The notes beneath the pieces were generated by a model. It saw only the letters and a list, made by a program, of their open reading frames with translations, did not search any database and was not told the origin of the DNA. Source: Candidatus Eiseniibacteriota bacterium (GTDB lineage: Bacteria > Patescibacteriota > Microgenomatia > Levybacterales > UBA12049). From it: 64,000 bases of DNA. A program made the translations under genes and the position numbers. Location: NCBI GenBank assembly GCA_035631115.1, contig DASQJJ010000006.1:11551-75550 (forward strand), written 5' to 3'. Shown in pieces: positions 17,628-25,767 of this stretch (within the stretch, counting starts at the first letter, position 1; every line of letters begins with the position of its first letter).

Positions 17628-19684
17628 CCTTGTATTTTACCATTTTTACCCATAAATAAGCCAGCATATCCAAAAAGTACCAGTAATCCTGCCACAATAA
17701 GAGTGGCTATACTTATTTGTACTCCCTGCTCTACCCATTGCTGAGGCTTGTACACAATAGTTATGTCGTAATTTCCATCTTTGGGCAAGATGAAGCTATT
17801 AAATCTTTTGTCAAAGAGTGTGGAGTCAATCGATTTTCCTCCCACTTGTGCCTGCCAGAATGGGTCGTACATATCCGAGAAAATAAGCATTTCCCCTTTT
17901 GTAACATTTTGCACATTAACAGCATATTGAGTTGTTGCATTTTGCATAAAAAAACTTTTTCCTTGCCCTGTCAGCCAAAAATGATTCTTTACTTGACTCA
18001 GGGCGAATACATGTATTTTTCCAAAACCATTAAGTTCAGTAAGATACGACAATCTACGTACTTCTCTTACAGTATCCAAATAAACTTTCTGGTCGTATTT
18101 TCTATCGGTGAGAAAAAACTCACCCTGACTATCATATGGGACCACGACATACCCAATACTTGCTTCTCGCAATTCATTCTCTGTTTTGTTTTCATGTAAT
18201 GCATCTAACACTCCGGATATACTTGCAACGTTAAAAAAGTTATACGCGTCAACAGAAGGATGATTTTCCGAAATGTGTGCACCGAATTTTTGTGGTTGTG
18301 GTACCCAAAGTATGCGGCCAAAACTACTTTGATTATTTAAAAATGTGTCAAGCGTAGTATATTCCTTAGGAAAAGTATGTTGCTGAAATGTCCCCCCAAG
18401 CTGTCCAACAACAGCTGGCCGAACTAGAAAAACCAGACAGCCTACGAAAAGTAAGAAAAACATAATTTGAAAATTGAAAATTTTTGGTTTGATTGAAAAT
18501 TTAAAATTGAAAGTTGAAAATTTTTCTTTTTGAGATAACCAATTAGATGTTTTAAAAATAGTAAATGGAATCAATACCGAATATGATATTGCAATTATCA
18601 TGTACCACTTGGTCGGGTCTCGAAACATAATAAAACCAGGTACATGATCAAAAAGCCAAATGTACGTATTGCCAAATGGATCATTTGCGCCTTTTGCCAG
18701 AAATACTCCAAGCAGTCCAATTAATGAAAAGAATAAAATAGCTAGTTTTTCTTTCTTTTGCTTGATATCTATGAAAAATAATGATCCAAAGGCAAGAATC
18801 GGGAGCAAAAGAAATTCCCACCTCATAAAATGAGTAAAACCAAATATATTTTCAGGCCAATTTGGATGCAAAAGACCTAGCGCATCCTCAAATTTTGCAA
18901 AACTAAAAAATTGAATTGATTTTGAAGATGTGTAAATATCACCAAATTGACGAATTGCCTTCCCATGCGTAAGAAGTGTTGGTAAGAGCCAAAATGCATG
19001 GAGACCAATAATAAGTATTCCGGAAAGAGTAAAAAGAAGGAAATATTTTTTTACTTTTTCTCCAGTGAGGCCTGGTAATTCAAAAACGAATCTCAGCGTG
19101 AGAAGAAAAAGCAGTATATATCCAATACGGATATCTAAAAGAAAAATAAGAGAAAAAACCAAAGAAAAAATAACTGCACTTCTCAGTGTAATTTTTTGAA
19201 GGAGTTCTTCGAATGCGATAAAACCAAATGGAGCAAGACTGTAGGATAAGGCAATACCTGTTTGGCCTCCTCCTACTAAAAGAAGTGCATATGTGTTGGC
19301 GATATAAAGAAACCCCGCCAAAAGAGCAAAAACCTTTGACTTAAAAAAATAAAAATACAGAGACCATGCAGAAAGAAAACCAAAAAGAAGATATGGCCAA
19401 AACCAAAATATTTTTTCATACCAATTCCAACCTAGAAAGAGTGCCGTTTTTATTGTGGCAAGAAAATAAGATTCTAACCATAGCGTTGATAAATTGCTTG
19501 CACCCATTCCCATATGTCTTCCATCCCATGCAGGGAGATTGTTAATGTCAAGAATTGCTCGGTTCCAATAATAAACCCAGTCTCCACTTACGAGTAAATT
19601 CCCGGAAAACCAATTTTTGAAGACAAGCAGCAGGGGTATAAAAATAACAACAAAAAGAATAAATGTACCCAAGAATTTTTTCAT
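17624..19684 (-). CDS. large polytopic membrane protein, YfhO-like/GT-C-like, C-terminal beta domain + TM anchor; contains heptamer repeat tract
   Basis: 686 aa; about 10 N-terminal TM helices, C-terminal ...DPFWQAQVGGKSIDSTLFDKRFNSFILPKDGNYDITIVYKPQQW... then TM anchor, like the YfhO C-terminus; in-frame low-complexity insert KFSTFNFKFSIKPKIFNFQ from repeat 18466..18526. Confidence 0.5.
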   Translation of the reverse strand: MKKFLGTFILFVVIFIPLLLVFKNWFSGNLLVSGDWVYYWNRAILDINNLPAWDGRHMGMGASNLSTLWLESYFLATIKTALFLGWNWYEKIFWFWPYLLFGFLSAWSLYFYFFKSKVFALLAGFLYIANTYALLLVGGGQTGIALSYSLAPFGFIAFEELLQKITLRSAVIFSLVFSLIFLLDIRIGYILLFLLTLRFVFELPGLTGEKVKKYFLLFTLSGILIIGLHAFWLLPTLLTHGKAIRQFGDIYTSSKSIQFFSFAKFEDALGLLHPNWPENIFGFTHFMRWEFLLLPILAFGSLFFIDIKQKKEKLAILFFSLIGLLGVFLAKGANDPFGNTYIWLFDHVPGFIMFRDPTKWYMIIAISYSVLIPFTIFKTSNWLSQKEKFSTFNFKFSIKPKIFNFQIMFFLLFVGCLVFLVRPAVVGQLGGTFQQHTFPKEYTTLDTFLNNQSSFGRILWVPQPQKFGAHISENHPSVDAYNFFNVASISGVLDALHENKTENELREASIGYVVVPYDSQGEFFLTDRKYDQKVYLDTVREVRRLSYLTELNGFGKIHVFALSQVKNHFWLTGQGKSFFMQNATTQYAVNVQNVTKGEMLIFSDMYDPFWQAQVGGKSIDSTLFDKRFNSFILPKDGNYDITIVYKPQQWVEQGVQISIATLIVAGLLVLFGYAGLFMGKNGKIQG
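18466..18526. repeat. AT-rich imperfect heptamer tract, (TTGAAAA)x2 + tttgattgaaaatttaaaattgaaagttgaaaattttt, in-frame inside CDS 17624..19684
   Basis: read directly; shares a ~40-bp near-identical core with 16268..16305. Confidence 0.8.
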
Positions 19685-19690
19685 GTATTT

Positions 19691-20725
19691 TTAGAAACCT
19701 CTTACAGTATATACCTGTTTTAGGGTCTTGGAATATTCCTTTACTCTTCCTCGTCCTTTTACATTTTGAATATATATGTCTCTTACTAATTTTAAAACAA
19801 ATTTCGGAGTGCAATATGCTGCAATAAGAGTTGCCCAATAACGCATAGACCATGTATATGAAGGATTAAGCTCTCTAAGTCTTTTAGCGTACTTAAGAAG
19901 ATTGCTATTGTTTGAGTTGTATTTAATTATTGCTAAAAAATTAACATTTATTGCAACCTGCCTATTCAGTGTTTTTCTATAACATTTTTCTCCTGCCACT
20001 TTTCGGATAACTTCATATACTTTTTCCCATGATAACTTACCATTTACAACAAAATGTGCTGGGTGTTTGTCTTGATGAGACCAGGAAGCAACAATAGAAT
20101 GAGAGTACAAGAAAAAGCCTCCTTGTGCCTCAAGACTTCTAAAACATATTTCAAACCATGGAATAAATTCTGAATCGATTATGGAAATTCTTTTGGGATA
20201 TATATTTTTAAAAACGATTCCTGTTATAAAGTGCAGATCAATTTTATCTATATAATCAACCGCTTCCTCAGGACTTGCATGGGCCTTAAATGCAAGGTCT
20301 TTCGTAATAAATTTGTTTCTTACGTAGTCAAATATATCTTTCTTGTCAAAGGTTTGATAGACATAATTAATTCGAATAAGTCCATAATTATACTTTTTAA
20401 TAAGGTCGTATGTCTTCTGTAGAACATCATCATACAAAAGATAATCATCATCACCGTGAAGAAATACATATTCTCCTCTTACATATTCCAAAACTTTTCC
20501 AATATTTTTGACAGCTCCAAGATTTTTCTTATTACGGTAATAACGAATTCTCTTATCCTTAAGGGACATGATGCGTTTTTGCGTTTCGTCTGTTGACCCA
20601 TCGTCACAGACAATAACTTCAAAATCCTTGAATGACTGCGCAAGGATCCTTTTTACTGCAAACTCTACATCTTCTGCTCTATTGTAGGTTGCGATGGGTA
20701 TTGAAAAAAATGGTCTTTTATTCAT
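19691..20725 (-). CDS. glycosyltransferase family 2 (GT-A)
   Basis: FSIPIATYNRAEDVEFAVKRILAQSFKDFEVIVCDDGSTDET. Confidence 0.75.
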   Translation of the reverse strand: MNKRPFFSIPIATYNRAEDVEFAVKRILAQSFKDFEVIVCDDGSTDETQKRIMSLKDKRIRYYRNKKNLGAVKNIGKVLEYVRGEYVFLHGDDDYLLYDDVLQKTYDLIKKYNYGLIRINYVYQTFDKKDIFDYVRNKFITKDLAFKAHASPEEAVDYIDKIDLHFITGIVFKNIYPKRISIIDSEFIPWFEICFRSLEAQGGFFLYSHSIVASWSHQDKHPAHFVVNGKLSWEKVYEVIRKVAGEKCYRKTLNRQVAINVNFLAIIKYNSNNSNLLKYAKRLRELNPSYTWSMRYWATLIAAYCTPKFVLKLVRDIYIQNVKGRGRVKEYSKTLKQVYTVRGF

Positions 20726-21821
20726 GTAATTTTTCTATCATTCTCAATGCCGTAACAAATCTTTGCCTGTCATTTTCTATACCTTTTGCATTATAGTACC
20801 CAGATACCGACCTTGTCGCAACTTTTACAAGCATAATCCGAAGAAAGTAAAACCAAAAGAGATATGAGGATTGTAATACACTGCTATCCATACCCAAACC
20901 ATTACAAAAGCTTTGAAAATACTTTTGCTGCTTTTTCTCAAAAAGAAATGTATTAACAAAAGCAACTTCCCATAATAGATCCCCTATTATTGTATCTTCC
21001 CAATCAAGAATTGCCTTTATTTTTGTCTTATGGAAAATTACATTTCTCGTAGCAAGATCGTTGTGAATAAGTACCATTGGTCTTTCATTAAGATTCATTG
21101 AATTTTCCGAAAAGATTCTTTCTATGATTTGCTTTGATTTTTTTGTAATTACTTTTAACGAATAGGTTTTGCTAATATGCTTTGATAAGTTTGTATAAAA
21201 AAATTCTTCCCAATTAGATGAGATTCCTGAAAATTCTCCTTTTTTTAAAAGTGCTGTCATACTAAGCAGCCCAACTCCCTTCAATGGAATCGAATGAATT
21301 TTTTTAAGTACTCTTCCTAAATTTGTATATACGTCATTTAACGCAGAGTATCTTTTATCTTCTAGCGTATCTCCTTCTATAAATTCCATAATCATAAAGT
21401 CAAACGGATAGTATTTTCGTGAAACATCAACTAAAAATATTTTCACTGATGGCATATGAAGCTGTTTCAAGGCATTCTGTATTTTTTCTTCTGTAAAAAA
21501 TGTAAAATCTGTATAAAGACTTTGCAAAGCACTCACACGTAACACATATGTATGTTTTTTTGTGACCACCTTATACAAAACGTGGTATGTACTTTTTGTA
21601 GAAATTAAAGAATACTGCATAACAGTTTCATTACATGAGTCACGGAAAATAGTATTAATATATAGTGGAATACTCGCAAAGATTTTTTCTTTCTCTTTTA
21701 TCAACTCTTGCTCCAAAAAAAGAATGTCTGCCTTGGGATAAAATACTTTCTTACGAATAGAAGAAAAGTGTTTTAAAGAATTCTCGGAGAAATTAAAACT
21801 TTTTGTAGTCAAAGTATTCAT
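20718..21821 (-). CDS. APH/choline-kinase-fold phosphotransferase (putative sugar or small-molecule kinase)
   Basis: 367 aa; beta3 Lys (VLYKV...YVLRV), hinge FMIMEFIEGDTLE, catalytic loop LIHNDLATRNVIF, and ILDWEDTIIGDLLWEVA (the D-W-E region). Confidence 0.6.
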   Translation of the reverse strand: MNTLTTKSFNFSENSLKHFSSIRKKVFYPKADILFLEQELIKEKEKIFASIPLYINTIFRDSCNETVMQYSLISTKSTYHVLYKVVTKKHTYVLRVSALQSLYTDFTFFTEEKIQNALKQLHMPSVKIFLVDVSRKYYPFDFMIMEFIEGDTLEDKRYSALNDVYTNLGRVLKKIHSIPLKGVGLLSMTALLKKGEFSGISSNWEEFFYTNLSKHISKTYSLKVITKKSKQIIERIFSENSMNLNERPMVLIHNDLATRNVIFHKTKIKAILDWEDTIIGDLLWEVAFVNTFLFEKKQQKYFQSFCNGLGMDSSVLQSSYLFWFYFLRIMLVKVATRSVSGYYNAKGIENDRQRFVTALRMIEKLHE

Positions 21822-22710
21822 TCATGTATGTTGTCAGTGATTTTATCTCATCATGCTCTTTTTTTGACAACTCTTTTATTTTTTCTATGTTGTATGCAAC
21901 CGTTGGGTATTGAATTGTTCCCCATGGATATTGATTGTCTAATTTTTTACCATTCCAGGAAGGATACAAAAGATTTTCTTCAAAGGGTATTCCTAATGTT
22001 GTAGAAAGGGTTGTAAAAAACTTTTTAGGGTTTGCGATAAGGTCCTCAAATTTTACAGTAATCACATTATTAGGAAAAAGAGTTGCATAATTAATCGCAG
22101 ATAGCTGAGTGACATTCCACGTATGTATATACCGTTGCAAAGATAATGGAGCAGGTCTATGCTTTGTTTCTGCATACGCAGAGTATGGATTTCTTACAAT
22201 GTGAATTATTTTTGCATTTGGAAAATCTGCAATAATTTTCTCTGCATCCAGAATTTGTACAGGATTATATCCAACATATATTTCCTCTTTTCCGCTACCA
22301 TTATAATTTTTCCATGCCAAAAATGTTGATTTGTAAAATGCCTCTATAGCGTTTGCCCTGGTAATATTTTTTCCTAGAAGCTTTACGAAGATTTTCTTTC
22401 TTTCTTTGTCATTTAAAGAAATTTGCACTTCTTTAAATTTACTCATGTGTGGTGCTTTTGTCCTAACTTTTACTTCTTCATCCCAAATATCTTCATACAT
22501 TTGCTCCGGTGTTTCCCCTAACTGAAATTGAGACCATCTATATTTATGGGGAACAAAAGAAGATAAGTAGTCACATATATTTTTTGTCCCTACTTGTGAT
22601 TCAAAAGGGTATACAAAAAGTTTGGAATGTCCATCAAGATGTCTCTGTAGTGTATTTCCACCATTCTCATACATAGCGGAAATCATAAAAAGTTTGAAAG
22701 ATTTTGCCAT
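21793..22710 (-). CDS. sulfotransferase-like protein
   Basis: 305 aa; N-terminal FMISAMYENGGNTLQRHLDGH resembles the PAPS 5-prime phosphate-binding loop of Sulfotransfer_3; KIIHIVRNPYSAYAETK resembles the 3-prime phosphate-binding RNPrD..S motif. Confidence 0.45.
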   Translation of the reverse strand: MAKSFKLFMISAMYENGGNTLQRHLDGHSKLFVYPFESQVGTKNICDYLSSFVPHKYRWSQFQLGETPEQMYEDIWDEEVKVRTKAPHMSKFKEVQISLNDKERKKIFVKLLGKNITRANAIEAFYKSTFLAWKNYNGSGKEEIYVGYNPVQILDAEKIIADFPNAKIIHIVRNPYSAYAETKHRPAPLSLQRYIHTWNVTQLSAINYATLFPNNVITVKFEDLIANPKKFFTTLSTTLGIPFEENLLYPSWNGKKLDNQYPWGTIQYPTVAYNIEKIKELSKKEHDEIKSLTTYMNEYFDYKKF

Positions 22711-22714
22711 ATTT

Positions 22715-23713
22715 TTATTTTATAGAGAGCTTATCATAATGTATTTCTTCCTGCCAAGCAACAGTTAATTCCAAACCTTCTTTAAGAGAATATTCTGGTC
22801 TCCATCCCAAAATTCTTTTAATTTTTGCATTGTTTCCAAACCAATCTATAATATCCCAATTTCTATTTTTCATCGTAGAAAATTGTGGATTTTCAGAAAT
22901 TTCAAACATTTTCTTTACCATAAAGGCAAGTGTTTTTATTTTTGTTTTCTTACCCGTTGCAACATTAAATACCTCACCATACATTCTTTTTTGCATTTTT
23001 GCCGCACTTATCACAAAAGCGGAAACAACATCATCTATGTAGATAAAGTCACGAGATATCTTAGGGTCAACAAAATTTGGCAACGTCTTATGTATTGCCT
23101 TGGAAACCAAAACAGGCATTAGCCTATCAGGCTCTTCCCAAGGTCCATATGCCGAATACAGCCTCAGATGCACCACAGGAAGGTGCTCTACTTTTCCATA
23201 GTACTTGAGCAAATAATAATTCCCAACCTTAGAAACAGCGTAATGGCTATTTGGGATAAGCTCTCCTGTTTCTTTTGGACCCTTTGCATTGAGGCCATAT
23301 TCAGACTGGGACCCCGCATGGATATATGCTTTAAATGGTATCTTTTTTAACTCCTCGAGAATATTTACTGTAGAGAGCGCATTTGTCTTATATATTTCCT
23401 TATAGTCACTTTGCTTTGCATATGCACCGTATGCTGCTAAGTTAAAAACAGTAAGCGGTTTTACTTTCTTAAATATTTTTTCTATGTCTTTTGTATTTGT
23501 AATATCAGAATCAATAATATTTTTTGTAGGTATTTTTGCAAGGCGAAATCTCCAATTCTTTTTTTTATTTCTTGAAACTCCAAAAACATCTTTTCTATAT
23601 GTAAGAAGCGTCTTTAGAAGGTTAACTCCAATAAATCCTCCACTTCCCAGGATAAGAATTGGTCCATGGAGTTTTTTTATGTGGGCACGTAGCGATGCGC
23701 GGCTTTGTCTCAT
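22715..23713 (-). CDS. NAD(P)-dependent sugar epimerase/dehydratase/reductase (extended SDR)
   Basis: ILILGSGGFIGVNLL Rossmann motif; catalytic YAVSKVGNYYL (YxxxK). Confidence 0.75.
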   Translation of the reverse strand: MRQSRASLRAHIKKLHGPILILGSGGFIGVNLLKTLLTYRKDVFGVSRNKKKNWRFRLAKIPTKNIIDSDITNTKDIEKIFKKVKPLTVFNLAAYGAYAKQSDYKEIYKTNALSTVNILEELKKIPFKAYIHAGSQSEYGLNAKGPKETGELIPNSHYAVSKVGNYYLLKYYGKVEHLPVVHLRLYSAYGPWEEPDRLMPVLVSKAIHKTLPNFVDPKISRDFIYIDDVVSAFVISAAKMQKRMYGEVFNVATGKKTKIKTLAFMVKKMFEISENPQFSTMKNRNWDIIDWFGNNAKIKRILGWRPEYSLKEGLELTVAWQEEIHYDKLSIK

Positions 23714-24216
23714 CTAATTAAATTAACATACCAAGGCTTGTTTTCTTTTAGTATTTTTTTAACAACCTGAGGAATCTCATCTATTGTTTTGGGCCACAAA
23801 GGAGTAATGTTGGAAAAAATCTTCATCACTTCTTTATCTTCTTCTACCCAGTGAGTAATGCCATCTTCTTTATAGTTTCTTTCTCTACCCGAACCAATCA
23901 ACCTAACAGGCGCAGATTCGTAGTTGATGTAATTTCTTATTGTTTCAAAGGGTCTATACAAAAGAAATGTTGTTGCTGTATACACAAGGGGTATTTTTCC
24001 CTCTTGTGCCAATCCTACAGCTATTCCTATCATTGCCTGCTCCGATGCACCTACATTAATAAATCTATTTGGAAAATCACGTCTCACATCATCCCACATG
24101 CGATAACCAAAATCACCAACAATAACCCAAATGTCTTTATTTTTTTTCATATGCTTATATACTTCATGGGCAAATGCAGCCCGCATCAATCTTTTATAAA
24201 TTGGTATTATTTTCAT
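23710..24216 (-). CDS. transketolase C-terminal section (pyrimidine-binding domain only, short)
   Basis: 168 aa; ...WVIVGDFGYRMWDD...INVGASEQAMIGIAVGLAQEGKIPLVYTATTFLLYRPFE... matches the Transket_pyr domain; lacks the usual C-terminal TKC domain. Confidence 0.65.
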   Translation of the reverse strand: MKIIPIYKRLMRAAFAHEVYKHMKKNKDIWVIVGDFGYRMWDDVRRDFPNRFINVGASEQAMIGIAVGLAQEGKIPLVYTATTFLLYRPFETIRNYINYESAPVRLIGSGRERNYKEDGITHWVEEDKEVMKIFSNITPLWPKTIDEIPQVVKKILKENKPWYVNLIR

Positions 24217-24983
24217 ATACGTAACATCTTGAGTGCTTTTTCGTAATCATTTTCATTCATTGCATAATAATGTGCATCCTGTCCTTTAAGAAAAGGTAGC
24301 TGGTCACTTGTTGTATGAGCAAATACAAGCATAGACTTTGATGATTTTACTTGTAATGCTCTCATAATTTCCTTCATATCATGGCCTTGTACTTCAATGG
24401 ATTTTATTCCAAATGCTTTTAGTCTTTGATAGAGTTTTTTTGTTTCTATTGCGCTAAATGCACCCCATCCATTTGCATTGACAATAATTTTTAGATTAGG
24501 AATTTCTAAGTCAACAATTATTCTTAATGCCTCCCAAATACTTCCCTCTGCACACTCACCGTCTGAGATAGCGCAGTATATTGTTCTTTTTTTATTAGCA
24601 AGTGCTATACCAATTGCAATAGGTAAGCCTTGACCAAGACTACCTGATGACACGTGAATATCTATTTCTGGATTTCTATCTGGATGAATATGAAGTTCTT
24701 GTATACTGTCTTTGTCTTTTATTTTTTTATACTTTTCTAGAATTGTGTATAGAGCAATTCCAGCATGACCATTGGACAAAATAAATTTGTCATTTCTTTT
24801 TTTTATCTTATAGATGCAATCAATAATATCGACAACACTCAAACATGATCCAATGTGTGACAAATTTTGAGCATAGCTTATTTCAAGAATTCTTTTCCTT
24901 GTTTCTTTCTGCTCTTTTGTAAGAAGACTAAGATTAAATCTTTTCATTGACTCATGAGGACAGGTACATGCAATTATACACAA
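24213..24983 (-). CDS. transketolase N-terminal section (ThDP-binding)
   Basis: SNGHAGIALYTILEKY...HPDRNPEIDIHVSSGSLGQGLPIAIGIALANK...CAISDGECAEGSIWEAL...NANGWGAF, ThDP-binding fold; probable true start at MKRFNLSLL (~24947). Confidence 0.75.
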   Translation of the reverse strand: MCIIACTCPHESMKRFNLSLLTKEQKETRKRILEISYAQNLSHIGSCLSVVDIIDCIYKIKKRNDKFILSNGHAGIALYTILEKYKKIKDKDSIQELHIHPDRNPEIDIHVSSGSLGQGLPIAIGIALANKKRTIYCAISDGECAEGSIWEALRIIVDLEIPNLKIIVNANGWGAFSAIETKKLYQRLKAFGIKSIEVQGHDMKEIMRALQVKSSKSMLVFAHTTSDQLPFLKGQDAHYYAMNENDYEKALKMLRI

Positions 24984-25059
24984 AAACTCTTCCTTGTATA
25001 GAGCATATCTACATTGATGTCTTGCAAAGAGAGTGGTCTCTTGAGAAAATGCAGAGCAT

Positions 25060-25767
25060 ATGACAATAACCTACTCTATTATTCTTCCTATTTATCACCA
25101 ATCAAACCAAATAGAGACACTTGTCTCGTCCTATGGAAATGGTCTTAAAAGACTTAAAGATTCATTTGAAATTATTCTTGTCATTAATGGTGCAGATACA
25201 GAGTCATACGATATTGCCAAAAAACTTACACAAAAAAATTCCTTTTTAAAAGTTGTCTATTTGAAAGATGCCGGCTGGGGAAATTCAATTATTGAAGGAA
25301 TAAAGACTGCACAGGGTAAATTTATTTGTTATACAAATTCAGCCAGAACAAGAATTTCTGATTTAATTACTATTCTTACCTACTCTAAAAACAATCCATC
25401 GGTTGTTATTAAAGCAACAAGAATACTTCACCTCAATCTTTTACGAAAGCTCGGATCCACCCTGTACAACATTGAATGCCGATTGCTTCTCCATACTCCT
25501 GTATGGGATGTTAATGGTACTCCAAAAGTAATGCCATCTCATGTTGCGAAAAAGATAGGCCTTACATCCAAAGGAGATTTGATTGACGCAGAGCTTATCG
25601 CAAAATGTGTATGGAATAATATTCCTATACTCGAGGTTCCTATTCTTTTTCCACCGAGATTTGGAGGAAATAGTACAACGCGGGTATTTTCTGCATTAAA
25701 AATGTATGCAGGCGTTTTGCAAATTAAAGATATGCTAAAAAGACAGACTTCTTTACGAAAAAAGTAA
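25060..25767 (+). CDS. GT2-family glycosyltransferase (short DPM/GtrB-like form)
   Basis: 235 aa; YSIILPIYHQSNQIETLVSSY...EIILVINGADTES...WDVNGTPKVM; only plus-strand gene within the first 31 kb; overlaps the convergent 900-aa gene by 44 bp. Confidence 0.55.
   Translation: MTITYSIILPIYHQSNQIETLVSSYGNGLKRLKDSFEIILVINGADTESYDIAKKLTQKNSFLKVVYLKDAGWGNSIIEGIKTAQGKFICYTNSARTRISDLITILTYSKNNPSVVIKATRILHLNLLRKLGSTLYNIECRLLLHTPVWDVNGTPKVMPSHVAKKIGLTSKGDLIDAELIAKCVWNNIPILEVPILFPPRFGGNSTTRVFSALKMYAGVLQIKDMLKRQTSLRKK

Noticed and set aside
25000-25059. Partial inverted repeat (caaagagag..ctcttgag) in the divergent region between the transketolase gene and the plus-strand GT2
   Set aside because: The arms are imperfect and short (6-7 bp). 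I cannot distinguish an operator or terminator from chance in AT-rich sequence, so it is not reported as a feature.
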